Below, in pieces: positions 10,012-19,688 of a stretch of 64,000 bases of DNA. Every line of letters starts with the position of its first letter. Positions within the stretch are counted from its first letter, which is position 1. A program made the position numbers and the translations under genes. A model generated the notes under the pieces. The model was not told the origin of the DNA. It made no database searches and worked only from the letters and a program-made list of their open reading frames with translations. This DNA is from Gammaproteobacteria bacterium (GTDB taxonomy: Bacteria > Pseudomonadota > Gammaproteobacteria > Eutrophobiales > Eutrophobiaceae), in assembly GCA_965221695.1 (NCBI GenBank), contig OZ244905.1, positions 762,355 to 826,354 on the forward strand, read 5' to 3'.

Positions 10012-10458
10012 TTATTCCTCCGCTTGCTGACCCCGGCGCCGTTTTTCAATATCCTCCAGCAACCGGTCACGCTCGCTGCCGACGGTGTTTCCGCCGCGGT
10101 ACTCCGTGCCGTCCTCTGTTACAATCAGTTTCCAGTCCATCTTGTAGCCGCCGTCCCGAGCCGGGTTCCCGGTTATCTCGATGATATCGCCGGGTTGCAG
10201 TGTATCCCTACTCCAACCTCGCCGGCGCAGAATTGCCGAGGCATTCCCCTCTGCAAACCAGTTCTGGACTTCCCCATCAGCGGTGGTGACATCGAAATAG
10301 ATGCGGGCATGGGGATTGATCAAGCGGAACTTCGTCACCACGCCGGTTACGGTTATCAGCCGGTCCACCAGGTAGTGTGATTCGGGACTGTGGTGCGAGT
10401 ACGCAGTTGCGCAGCAGAACATCCCGGCTAGCAACGCCGCAGTCAGTCGACTATACAT
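10012..10458 (-). CDS. Hypothetical secreted protein
   Basis: Preferred start is the ATG at 10458 (MYSRLTAALLAGMFCCATAYS, signal peptide) with a GAGGA RBS. No catalytic motif recognised. Confidence 0.5.
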   Translation of the reverse strand: MYSRLTAALLAGMFCCATAYSHHSPESHYLVDRLITVTGVVTKFRLINPHARIYFDVTTADGEVQNWFAEGNASAILRRRGWSRDTLQPGDIIEITGNPARDGGYKMDWKLIVTEDGTEYRGGNTVGSERDRLLEDIEKRRRGQQAEE

Positions 10459-10484
10459 GGTTCGGTTCCTCTGGTTAATAGCCA

Positions 10485-11297
10485 TCAGTATTCGCCCGTG
10501 ATTGCCTCGCAGACGAATTCCTCCAGTTCCCAGTCGGGCGCAGGCAAAAAGCTCCTCTGGTTTTCATACGGTCTGCGGAAATTCACCGGATCGATGATCG
10601 CCAGTTCCAGGTCGAGCCTGCCGTTATCGGGATGATACGTATAGCGTTCAACAAAACGCGTGTCCCGGTCCGGTTTCAGCGCGCCGCCGCCCGGGACGCC
10701 GATTACGTTGGGAATAACATGGGTCGTCTCCACAACCAGGGTGTTGCCTTCATAATAGCCGGTCGAATGGCCGAGCCGGGTAGCAGGGGCGTCAGGTGGT
10801 AGCGCGGGTCCATCAAGGTAAACCGTCCTGACGGCATTCCAGTATTCGTAACGGAAGACGACCTTGTCAGCATATTGCTCGATCTGCATCGGCACCGGCG
10901 CCAGGATCTGGTGGCGCAGGCTATCGCCTTTCGGGGTGCAATCCAGCGCCGCGCCCTGCGCCGGGTCGTATTGCGCCTGTTTTACCAGGCCATCGGGGGT
11001 CAGCAGGTTGCTGTTCTGCGCCTGCTCATACTCCCGCATCTGGTAGAACAGTTCCTTAACTGTCTGATCGTCATTCTCAGGGTCACGCAACAGGGATTGC
11101 AGGTATTTGAAGCCCACCAGGGAGCAGCCCGAGCGGGCGCAGGCAAGGTCTTCGATACGCCAGCGTTCATCATCAGGCGTCAGCAGCGCATTGCTCCAGA
11201 CACCGGAAATAGCCGGGCGCTCGCCGGCGCCGGCATACACCGCGCCGCAACCGGCAATGAGCAGCGCTATACCGACAAAACGATAAAGAGTGTTCAT
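10485..11297 (-). CDS. Hypothetical secreted protein / lipoprotein
   Basis: Preferred start is the ATG at 11297 (MNTLYRFVGIALLIAGCGAVYA, lipobox-like). The track ORF is extended upstream to 11471. Probably co-operonic with the downstream secreted protein. Confidence 0.5.
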   Translation of the reverse strand: MNTLYRFVGIALLIAGCGAVYAGAGERPAISGVWSNALLTPDDERWRIEDLACARSGCSLVGFKYLQSLLRDPENDDQTVKELFYQMREYEQAQNSNLLTPDGLVKQAQYDPAQGAALDCTPKGDSLRHQILAPVPMQIEQYADKVVFRYEYWNAVRTVYLDGPALPPDAPATRLGHSTGYYEGNTLVVETTHVIPNVIGVPGGGALKPDRDTRFVERYTYHPDNGRLDLELAIIDPVNFRRPYENQRSFLPAPDWELEEFVCEAITGEY

Positions 11298-11459
11298 GCC
11301 ACCGCAGTATAAATGAAAACAGGGTGTAAATCTGCCGGACTCCCAAAGGAGGATGTTGTCTGACGCGGGCGTGACGTCTGCAATACCTGGCTGGCGCCCA
11401 GGTTTTCCAACGCAATGCTGACTAAAACCAAAGGCCGAGAGGGTATAATTCAACCAGCC

Positions 11460-12662
11460 ATGAACAGACACCTCCTTCTTGCGCTGATCGTCTCAGCCAG
11501 CGTTATTACCATGATGTCGACAGACTTGTATGCGCCGAGCCTCGCAAGTTTGCCGGTATTGCTGAACACCAGCCCGGAACTGGTCAAGCTGACGGTCAGT
11601 CTTAATCTTCTGGCTTATGGCCTCGCCACCCTTATCCACGGTCCACTGTCAGAACGCTTCGGCAGAAAGCCGGTGCTGCTATGGGGTCTGGTCGGATTTA
11701 CCCTGGCCAGTTTCCTCTGCGCAACGGCCGCCGACATCGACCAATTGCTGGCTGCGCGCGTGCTTCAGGGCATTGCCGCCGCAGTAGAAGGTGTTGTTGT
11801 GCTGGCCATCATCCGCGATGTATTTACCGAAAAGGAACAGGTCAGGGCAATTGCCGTGTACGGCATTGCCACCTCTTTTGCGCCCGCGTTTGCCCCCATG
11901 ATAGGTGGTTATATCCACGTATTATTCGGCTGGAGGATGAATTTCTACCTGCTCACAGGCCTGGCGCTGATCGTGACTGCGCTGATCACGTTGTTCCTGA
12001 AAGAATCCGCCGAAAAAGACCCCGACGCGCTGAACCTGAAAGAAATCTACGCGGATTATATTGGCCTGCTCTGCAACAGGTCATTCCTGACTTATGTCGT
12101 CATCGGCGGTTGCAGCCTGGGCTGTATCTTCGTGTTTATTACCGCAGGCCCTTTTATCCTGATTAACAACCATGGCGTGGCAACCGAGCATTTCGGTTAT
12201 TACCAGGCAGTCCTTGTGATTGCCTATATTATCGGCAGCCTATTGGCAGCCCGCATGACCCGGCGCCACAGCGCCAGGGAAATACTGCGCGTCGGGGTTT
12301 GCTTCGCAGTGTGCGGCGCCCTGTTATTGCTGGGAATCCTGGCATCTGGTTGGGAGACACCGGAAACCCTGACCCTGGCTGTTGCGGTACTGCTGTTCGC
12401 GGAAGGACCGATATTTGCCGTGGTGCCCACCCTGGCAATGGATACATCCGACCGCAGAACCGGCGCCGCAGCCGCTTTCATCGTGGCGGCAGAAATGGCT
12501 ATCGGCTCAGTTGCGGCGCTGGCGGTAAGCTGGGCCCATGACGGCACGGCATTACCGATGCTAATCACGATGCCGGCGCTGGTCGTGGTTATCGTTCTGG
12601 CATACCTGTACAGTGGGAAACTGCCTACTTATACCATTCCCGTGAAAACGGGAATCCAGTGA
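11460..12662 (+). CDS. MFS transporter (DHA1/Bcr-CflA-like drug:H+ antiporter family)
   Basis: About 12 predicted TM segments. MFS motif region GPLSERFGRKPVLLWGL. The last 8 codons (PVKTGIQ*) are encoded by a REP-like repeat. Confidence 0.85.
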   Translation: MNRHLLLALIVSASVITMMSTDLYAPSLASLPVLLNTSPELVKLTVSLNLLAYGLATLIHGPLSERFGRKPVLLWGLVGFTLASFLCATAADIDQLLAARVLQGIAAAVEGVVVLAIIRDVFTEKEQVRAIAVYGIATSFAPAFAPMIGGYIHVLFGWRMNFYLLTGLALIVTALITLFLKESAEKDPDALNLKEIYADYIGLLCNRSFLTYVVIGGCSLGCIFVFITAGPFILINNHGVATEHFGYYQAVLVIAYIIGSLLAARMTRRHSAREILRVGVCFAVCGALLLLGILASGWETPETLTLAVAVLLFAEGPIFAVVPTLAMDTSDRRTGAAAAFIVAAEMAIGSVAALAVSWAHDGTALPMLITMPALVVVIVLAYLYSGKLPTYTIPVKTGIQ

Positions 12663-12813
12663 AACTAAGAGTCGCCCTGCGGGCGACACAGTATTTGACT
12701 GGACTCCCGCTTCCGCGGGAGTGGTTCTGTGGTAGCATTCACAGGAGTGCCCCGTCCCATTCCCTTGCAAGTGCCCCCCGTCCCATTCCCGCGCAAGCGG
12801 GAATCCAGTAAGC
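12634..12813. repeat. REP-like compound hairpin repeat cluster, copy 2
   Basis: TTCCCGTGAAAACGGGAATCCAGTGAAAC, GTCGCCCTGCGGGCGACACAGTAT, CTCCCGCTTCCGCGGGAG, and repeated CCCGTCCCATTCCC units ending TTCCCGCGCAAGCGGGAATCCAGTAAGC. Confidence 0.8.
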
Positions 12814-12875
12814 AATTCTTCCTTACAAGAAGTCTCGTTGTCTGAAATATTGACGGACAATCCCAGGTTGAGCAA

Positions 12876-14591
12876 CTACTCCTGTGCGTCCCGCTGGTAA
12901 ACAACTTCTCCATTGATGATGGTGTACATCACCCTGACCCGATGCAGTTCATTGACCGGGATAGTGTACGGATCACGGTCCACGACCACCAGGTCCGCCA
13001 GTTTGCCCGGTTCTATGCTGCCCAGCCGGTCCTCTGTACCCATGTGCCGGGCTGAATTGACCGTGAACAGTTCAATGGCCTGGTCCAGGGTGATGGCCTG
13101 TTCCTTGCCGAAGCTGTCCTCGCTTCCACCGGGTCTTTCCCTGGTCACCAGCGTCTCGATAGCAATCCACGGGTTGACCGAGGGCACCACGGACCAATCC
13201 GAACCCGGAACTGCCAGGGCGCCGGATGCGATGACCTCGCGTACCGGCCACACGCGTTTGATGCGCTGCGTTCCGACCGCCGCAATAATGCTGTCATTAA
13301 TCGGACTGGGACTCCACAGGTAAGGCGACATCTCAAAACTTGCGCCGATTTCCCGCGCCAGGGGCATGTCCTCGGCAGCGACGAAAGTGGAATGCCCGAT
13401 GTTATGCCGCAGGTCGCTGTCGCCATTGGCCTGGCGCGCGCTGGCTATTGCCTGCAACCCGGCGCGCGCAGACGCATCGCCGGCGGCATGGAACTTCACC
13501 GTCAGGCCCATGGCATCGTAGCGGGTGACTACGTCATTCAATACGCGCTGCTCTTCCAGCAACATGCCGTAGCGGCTGGCTTCATCGTCGCGCCCCTCGA
13601 CCGTGCCTGCATAAGGCTCCAGCATCGCTGCCGTGTGGCTGTCGGTCGGAACGCCGTCGAGAAATATCTTGACGCAATCGGGTGATACACGTTCTCTTGC
13701 ATACGTTGCGCGGGTCTCGATAAACGCCCCTGTGTCTGCATTGGCGCTGAACCATGGCATACACAACCTCACGCGTTGTTTCAGGATGCCTGAGTCAGCC
13801 AGCGCGGCATAGGCGCCGGCTTCTTTTTCGGGATTAGAGGAATACCCGGTCGCCGCCTCCGAAAAAGACGTGATACCGTGGACCAGCATTTCATCCAGCG
13901 CCCATTCCAGCGCGGCGCTGATCTGTTCACCCGTTGCTTCGGGAATATGCATCCGCACCAGCATCACCGCCTCTTCCCTGAGTATGCCGGTCGGCGCACC
14001 GGAACTGTCGCGTTCGATGATTCCATCTTCAGGATTGGGCGTGCCGGCGCTCAAGCCGGCAATCTCTAGCGCCCGGGTATTGGCCCAGGCGCTGTGTTCG
14101 CTGGTATCACTGAGCAAAACCGGATTGTCCGGTGTGACTCCATCAAGCATGGCTGCGTTCGGCGCCTGGCCGATTGCGGACACATCCCATTGGCCGCCGG
14201 TAATCCACTCGCCCGGTTCGGCCTGTTCGGCGCAGTCCTTGACGCGCTGTTGGACCTGCGCCAGCGTAAAGCCCTGGGGAATGACACAGCGTTGTGCCTG
14301 CATGCCGGCATAGATGGGATGTACGTGCAGATCGTGAAACCCCGGGAATACCACCTGACCATCCAGGTCAATCACCTTGGCGCCGGTACCGACCAGGGCG
14401 CTGATCGTCTCCGTTGCGCCGACCGACTCGATCCTCCCTTGCCGGACAATCACCGCTTCGGCCACGGGTTGCTCCGGGTTCAGGGTATAAATTTTCCCGT
14501 TTATCAGCGCCACCTCCTCGGGAGCCCGGGTGCAGGCAGCGAGCAGGAGCAGCGCGATAAATACAGACAGGCTGAGAGGTTTTGTCGGCAT
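12876..14591 (-). CDS. Amidohydrolase-family metal-dependent hydrolase (Amidohydro_3-like), lipoprotein
   Basis: 571 aa. Lipoprotein signal ...LLLAACTRA. Metal-binding HxH (FHDLHVHP) near the N-terminus. Confidence 0.85.
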   Translation of the reverse strand: MPTKPLSLSVFIALLLLAACTRAPEEVALINGKIYTLNPEQPVAEAVIVRQGRIESVGATETISALVGTGAKVIDLDGQVVFPGFHDLHVHPIYAGMQAQRCVIPQGFTLAQVQQRVKDCAEQAEPGEWITGGQWDVSAIGQAPNAAMLDGVTPDNPVLLSDTSEHSAWANTRALEIAGLSAGTPNPEDGIIERDSSGAPTGILREEAVMLVRMHIPEATGEQISAALEWALDEMLVHGITSFSEAATGYSSNPEKEAGAYAALADSGILKQRVRLCMPWFSANADTGAFIETRATYARERVSPDCVKIFLDGVPTDSHTAAMLEPYAGTVEGRDDEASRYGMLLEEQRVLNDVVTRYDAMGLTVKFHAAGDASARAGLQAIASARQANGDSDLRHNIGHSTFVAAEDMPLAREIGASFEMSPYLWSPSPINDSIIAAVGTQRIKRVWPVREVIASGALAVPGSDWSVVPSVNPWIAIETLVTRERPGGSEDSFGKEQAITLDQAIELFTVNSARHMGTEDRLGSIEPGKLADLVVVDRDPYTIPVNELHRVRVMYTIINGEVVYQRDAQE

Positions 14592-14699
14592 TGTTCAGTC
14601 TCTCCGGGCAAACAACGGCTATGACTCGATTTAAGGAAACTCTGGACAAGTCCATCCTGGACTTGTCAGAGTACGGAAAACAAAAATGCGATTTTTGTT

Positions 14700-14930
14700 T
14701 TCCTCACAATATCAATGCCTTACAGTCATTGATATTGACGATACATCCTTGTATCGTAGGAACCTCTGAGACTTAATCAGAGGTTCTATAAATTGCCCTC
14801 CTGACATCCTGACATTGCAAGATTTTAATATCAATGATAGCCTGTCGTTGGAAAATAAGATAGTTAAAGAACCTCTGTTGAGGAACCTCCAAGATTTAGT
14901 CTCAGGGGTTCCAACAGTACAGGGATGTGC
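14700..14930. promoter_or_regulatory. Divergent promoter region (amidohydrolase <-> TonB receptor) with multiple GAACCTC(T/C) repeats and nested inverted repeats
   Basis: ATATCAATG-9nt-CATTGATAT. CGATAC-5nt-GTATCG. Perfect hairpin GAACCTCTGA-gacttaa-TCAGAGGTTC. Further GAACCTCTG, GGAACCTCC and the inverted GGGGTTCC. Tandem CCTGACATCCTGACAT. Confidence 0.5.
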
Positions 14931-14993
14931 CGTTTGACAATGGATGGACTTGTTCAGCGGTTCCTTGAAAAATCATCTTGAGGGGGAATTAAT

Positions 14994-17336
14994 ATGTCGG
15001 CGATAAAACTTCCGTTCTTGAACGCGCCAATGGTTTGCCTGTTGTACATGCTGAGCGCTAGTCCCGGCCCGGCCCTGGGCCAGCAGACCATGCTTGAAGA
15101 AATCATCGTAACCGCGCAGAAGCGCGAGCAGGGCATCAACGATGTCGGCATTACCGTTAATGCATTCACCGGGGCCCAGCTTGAAAACTACGGTGTGAGA
15201 TCGGCGGAACACCTGGAAAGCATTACCCCGGGACTGACTATTACCAATGCGCAGCCCCATGGCGTTCCCGTGTATACCATTCGAGGCGTCGGTTTTGCGG
15301 ACTATACCACCTCGGCTTCAAGCACCGTCGGGCTTTACTTCGACGAAGTAAACCTTCCGTACAGTGTGATGACCCGCGGTGTGCTGTTTGACATGGAGCG
15401 CGTGGAAGTCCTGAAAGGGCCGCAGGGAGACCTTTACGGGCGCAACTCCACCGCCGGGCAGATCAATTTTGTCGGTCGCAAACCCACCGAAGAATTTACG
15501 GCCGGGCTAAAACTGGGATACAGCCGTTTTGATGTGATCGACGCCGAAGCCTATGTAAGCGGCTCGCTGGCCGCTAATGCGCGCGCACGCGTGGCGGTTA
15601 AAACCACCCAATCAGCCGGTGACGGCTGGCAGAAAAGCCTGAGCCGTCCCGGTGACAGGCTGGGCGAATATGACGATATCGCGGTACGCGGCCTGCTGGA
15701 TCTGGATATCAACGACAACGCATCCTTATTCATCAACCTGCACTGGTATGAGGACAATTCCGACAACATGGCGCCAACCCCGGTAGATGGAATGTCAATA
15801 GGCCTCCCGACCTCACTGGCGTTACCCACCCCCGGTAATATCATATTTTCCGAAGGAAAGACCCGTGTTGCCGACTGGTCGCCCGACCTTCCCCCTGAAC
15901 GGGACAATACTCTCAAGGGCGTTTCCGCGAAACTGGACTGGGATTTTGGTGGGGTAAACCTGACGGCAATCAGTTCCTACGACAAGTTTGATCGGGATGA
16001 AACGTTTGATCCGTCCGGTGTCGGGTTTGAAGATGCCGATGTCCTGAATACGACCGACCTTAAAGTTTTCTCACAGGAAATTCGCCTGTCGTCAAACAAC
16101 GACTCCAACCTGTACTGGCTGGTCGGCGCCCACTACTCCTGGGATGAGATCAGTGAGAGCTATATCTTGTTTATGGATGAGTCGTTTTTTGCCTTTTTCG
16201 GCAACCCGCCCGGACTGGATATTGATACCAGCTACGACCAAACAACGGAAGCCGTAGCCGCGTTCGGCCATATTGAATACGAATTCGCCCCGGATTTCCG
16301 CTTAACCCTGGGCGCGCGCTACACGGATGAGAAACGGAAATGGAGCGGCTGCACCTACGACACCGGTGACGGTTCGCTGGGCGCGCTGTGGAACTTTATT
16401 CTCACGCCTGCTGTAATGATACCGCAGGGCTTCCCGGACCCCGGCCCGCTGGAGCCGGGTGGTTGCGGCATTTATGATGAAAGGCCCGGTTCGCCGACAT
16501 TCGGCCAACTGGCCGTGTTTTCGGACAGCATCACAACTGAAAAGTGGATGTGGAAAGCAACGTTTGATTACAGCCCGATAGAAGATATGCTGCTGTACGG
16601 CACGGTGTCGAAAGGGTTCAAATCCGGTGGTTTCAACGGCGCCGCCGCCCAGACTCACACCCAGCTACTGCCGTACAAAGCGGAAACATTGTTGTCTTTT
16701 GAGGCAGGCTTGAAATCGACGCTGTTTGACGGCAGGCTGCAATTGAACCTTGCCGGCTTCTATTATGACTATGAAGACAAGCAGGAACCCACTGTGGCCG
16801 TCACGCCTGTCGGCAATATATCGGGACTCACCAACGTACCTGAATCGGAAGCCGTAGGCGTGGAGATGGAGTCACACTGGTTGATAACCTCCGGGTTGAC
16901 CCTGGACCTGGGTGTTGCCTGGCTCAATACGGAAATCAAGGAATATGAGGCTGTCGATGAATTGGCCAGCGCCTGGCCAGTTGAGATCAGGTTCGATGCT
17001 TCCGGTTCCGACCTGGCAAACTCGCCTAACTGGCAGGCTAACGGAACGCTGACCTACGAATGGCCTCTCACCGGTACAATGAACATGATGCTGGCAGGAG
17101 ATTTCTCCTACAAGGCCGACAACGACGGCGCCGTACAGCCGCCGATCAGCGATTATTTTCTTGTGAATGCCCGTGCCAGGTTGAGCGCTGCCGACGACCG
17201 CTGGGGTGTGACAATTTGGGGGCGCAATATCTTCAATGAAGAGTACTGGCACTCAACCTCCACCAGCAACTGCTGTTATGTGAGGATGAACGGCATGCCG
17301 GCCACTTACGGAGTTTCTCTGGATTATAATTATTAG
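14994..17336 (+). CDS. TonB-dependent outer-membrane receptor
   Basis: 780 aa. Signal peptide. Plug domain with the TonB-box-like EEIIVTAQKRE. ...ITPGLTI...IRGVG... Long beta-barrel region. Confidence 0.88.
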   Translation: MSAIKLPFLNAPMVCLLYMLSASPGPALGQQTMLEEIIVTAQKREQGINDVGITVNAFTGAQLENYGVRSAEHLESITPGLTITNAQPHGVPVYTIRGVGFADYTTSASSTVGLYFDEVNLPYSVMTRGVLFDMERVEVLKGPQGDLYGRNSTAGQINFVGRKPTEEFTAGLKLGYSRFDVIDAEAYVSGSLAANARARVAVKTTQSAGDGWQKSLSRPGDRLGEYDDIAVRGLLDLDINDNASLFINLHWYEDNSDNMAPTPVDGMSIGLPTSLALPTPGNIIFSEGKTRVADWSPDLPPERDNTLKGVSAKLDWDFGGVNLTAISSYDKFDRDETFDPSGVGFEDADVLNTTDLKVFSQEIRLSSNNDSNLYWLVGAHYSWDEISESYILFMDESFFAFFGNPPGLDIDTSYDQTTEAVAAFGHIEYEFAPDFRLTLGARYTDEKRKWSGCTYDTGDGSLGALWNFILTPAVMIPQGFPDPGPLEPGGCGIYDERPGSPTFGQLAVFSDSITTEKWMWKATFDYSPIEDMLLYGTVSKGFKSGGFNGAAAQTHTQLLPYKAETLLSFEAGLKSTLFDGRLQLNLAGFYYDYEDKQEPTVAVTPVGNISGLTNVPESEAVGVEMESHWLITSGLTLDLGVAWLNTEIKEYEAVDELASAWPVEIRFDASGSDLANSPNWQANGTLTYEWPLTGTMNMMLAGDFSYKADNDGAVQPPISDYFLVNARARLSAADDRWGVTIWGRNIFNEEYWHSTSTSNCCYVRMNGMPATYGVSLDYNY

Positions 17337-17363
17337 TACTCTTTCAACTTAATTTTGACATGT

Positions 17364-18233
17364 TCAGCGGGTCGGCATCAGGCCCATGTCGAATTGCAGG
17401 TGGCTGAACGGCACCGGGATGTTGTAGCGGGCAGCCAGGCCGGCATCGTCGGATTGTTCATAATGGCCTATCAGCGAACTCTTGGTGGCGAACACCGCGT
17501 CTGAGTCCAGATACTCGTCGCCTTCCGAAAATACGTGCGTTGTCAGCGGCTCGTAACCGTCCGCAGAGACGATGAAATGGATATGGGCCGGGCGCATGCC
17601 GTGACGGCTGCTGGTTCGCAACAAATCACCAACCGGTCCGTCAGTGGGTATGGAATAGGATAGCGGTTTTTCCGTGACAAAAGCGTAATTGCCTTGCTCA
17701 TCCGTGGTGAAGATGCCGCGCATATTGTTCTCCGGCATGGTTTGATCCTGCACATCATACGTACCGTTCGCTGCGGTTTGCCAGATGTCCAGCTTTGCTC
17801 CCGCTATGGGATTACCGTCCGGGTCAGTCACCCTGCCCTGTACCAGCGCAATATCTCCACCATAATGCCGCTTGATGATGCTGGCGCCGTTTTCGTATTC
17901 CGGCGCGCCGGGCACGTAAAACGGCCCTAACACTGTGGACTCGGTGCCCTGGCCGGACTTGGGGTGGTTGATCGCATCAACCAGCATGGATACGCCCAGC
18001 ACGTCTGACAACAGGATAAATTCCTGGCGCTTATCGTCGCAGATCTGGCCTGTAGCGGTTAGGAACATGATGGCCTTGAACCATTCCTCTTCCGTCAACT
18101 CCACATCCTTGACAAACGCATGGAGGTGTTTGAGCAACGAGGTAATGATCTGCCTGAACCTTGGATCTTCTGTCTTGGAACCGTATTCTTCCAACACGAT
18201 TTCCGTCAGATTATCGATTGTAAAATCACGCAT
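17364..18233 (-). CDS. Intradiol ring-cleavage dioxygenase (hydroxyquinol 1,2-dioxygenase / catechol 1,2-dioxygenase family)
   Basis: 289 aa. Intradiol dioxygenase motifs GPFY, the Tyr/His iron-ligand region, and RPAHIHF. GGGGAGGAAATC RBS. Confidence 0.85.
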   Translation of the reverse strand: MRDFTIDNLTEIVLEEYGSKTEDPRFRQIITSLLKHLHAFVKDVELTEEEWFKAIMFLTATGQICDDKRQEFILLSDVLGVSMLVDAINHPKSGQGTESTVLGPFYVPGAPEYENGASIIKRHYGGDIALVQGRVTDPDGNPIAGAKLDIWQTAANGTYDVQDQTMPENNMRGIFTTDEQGNYAFVTEKPLSYSIPTDGPVGDLLRTSSRHGMRPAHIHFIVSADGYEPLTTHVFSEGDEYLDSDAVFATKSSLIGHYEQSDDAGLAARYNIPVPFSHLQFDMGLMPTR

Positions 18234-18252
18234 GATTTCCTCCCCGTGTAGT

Positions 18253-18309
18253 ATTCACATGGATGGACAGGATATACAGGATGCTGTCATGTCTTGCATC
18301 CTGTATATC
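18253..18309. repeat. Copy 2 of the 23-bp repeat, fused to a perfect 15-bp-arm hairpin (GGATATACAGGATGC-11nt-GCATCCTGTATATCC)
   Basis: Sits between the DUF1329 stop (18320) and the dioxygenase start (18233). No U-tract follows on the transcribed strand. Confidence 0.6.
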
Positions 18310-18319
18310 CATGTTAATC

Positions 18320-19618
18320 TTAACGCCCTTTTGCGCGCAATGCCTGCACGGTGAAATCTGTTTCTTTAAATGGTTTTTCCGGCAATATCGCCTTGAACTG
18401 CAGGGTCGTGCAGTGCAGCGCCTGGATATCGATCATGGAGACCGCATCGATGATCGGCACGCCCATGCCCCGGTTGGAGGGATGATGCCGGTCCGGGTGG
18501 GAGTAGGCGGCGATGGCGACTTTCCACAGGTTGCCAGGCCTGTCGAAGATGTGGCCATAGACCGGTAACATGGTCTGGGCGTCCAGGTAATAGCGACGCT
18601 TGGACAACGGATGTTGTTTCCAGTAAGGCTCGGCCTCCAGGATATACGCCTTGCGCACGTGCCAGGTGACATTCGGAAAGCAGTTACCCTTGCCGTGGAA
18701 GCCGATGAACCTGAAACCATCGAGCTGTTGCCCCACCTCCTCCAGTTGCTGCTCGTCATGATGGAAGAACGGCAGCAGTACCCAGGTGATGCCTTTATAG
18801 GTCCACTTCTGATCCATGATGCGGCCGTTATAACCTAAAAAGTCCTCGATCATAATGTCACTGCCGAGGAATGCGTCCGTGGTCTGTCCAGACGCCAGGC
18901 GGCGCACACGCCGGTGGCCGGACAGGTACAGCCAGACCTGCTCCGGCTTGGTATCGTCTTCCAGTCGTTGTACCAGCAGTTGCGTCCCGCGCAGGTCGGG
19001 CGGCGCCAGTACTCTCAGGTACAGGCCGTGGTAGATTTCGGACGGATTTTTCGGCATCGACGGAATCGGCTCCTGCACATGCCTGTGCATAAACTTCAGC
19101 GAACTGGCATAGAAGGACAACTCTCTCTCGATTTTGTCATGCCGTATATTCCTGTATTGCCAGTAAAATCCATCCACCTCACCGCTGTCGTAAGAATAGG
19201 TATAGCGCAGGTTCCAGGCCAGCTTGTCCCCTGCCCTGGGATCGTCAAGTTGCGGCTCTCTGGGGAACGGCCGTCCCGCGATGTAATTGTGAATAATCCC
19301 CGGCGCATCGCCGAGTTCGGTTTGATCCAGGTAACGCCTCGTTGCGTCGATATACGCAGCATGCGTGGACATGGATATGACCTCGCCCGTGGTGATGGTC
19401 AAAAACTCATCACTGATCAGGTCCACCAGCTTAGGCGCCAGAATAGGGCGGAATGACTCCACATTTTCTTTTGTGATCACCGTGCCCGGCGCGGGGTTAA
19501 GCGAGGCAACATGTGCCAGGTCAAAGGTGAACGACTCCTCGACCACATCTGCCCTGAGCGCGGCGGTACCGGCCAGAAGACCAAGCAACGATACGCAGAT
19601 AAATCGTCGAGAAGTCAT
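18320..19618 (-). CDS. DUF1329-family secreted protein (paralog 1)
   Basis: 432 aa. Signal peptide. Strongly paralogous to 24278-25585 (RRLASGQTTDAFLGSDIMIEDFLGYN vs RRLATGQTTDAFLGTDIMIEDFEGYN; ALHCTTLQFKA vs AKHCTTGQFKG). Confidence 0.8.
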   Translation of the reverse strand: MTSRRFICVSLLGLLAGTAALRADVVEESFTFDLAHVASLNPAPGTVITKENVESFRPILAPKLVDLISDEFLTITTGEVISMSTHAAYIDATRRYLDQTELGDAPGIIHNYIAGRPFPREPQLDDPRAGDKLAWNLRYTYSYDSGEVDGFYWQYRNIRHDKIERELSFYASSLKFMHRHVQEPIPSMPKNPSEIYHGLYLRVLAPPDLRGTQLLVQRLEDDTKPEQVWLYLSGHRRVRRLASGQTTDAFLGSDIMIEDFLGYNGRIMDQKWTYKGITWVLLPFFHHDEQQLEEVGQQLDGFRFIGFHGKGNCFPNVTWHVRKAYILEAEPYWKQHPLSKRRYYLDAQTMLPVYGHIFDRPGNLWKVAIAAYSHPDRHHPSNRGMGVPIIDAVSMIDIQALHCTTLQFKAILPEKPFKETDFTVQALRAKGR

Positions 19619-19688
19619 GTTTGTCCGCTAATCATTCTTCCGCAGATGATACAGGCTGGCGTAAATGAGTTTTACGGTCTTACACCCG

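Noticed and set aside
11298-11471. Extended N-terminus (MSVHGWLNY...) of the secreted protein ORF
   Set aside because: The internal Met at 11297 begins a clean signal peptide. The upstream extension lacks an RBS.
14708-14734. ATATCAATG-9nt-CATTGATAT as a fourth copy of the ATATCGATAT operator
   Set aside because: Only the ATATC half-site is shared. The spacing and centre differ. It is kept as part of the separate GAACCTC-rich control region.
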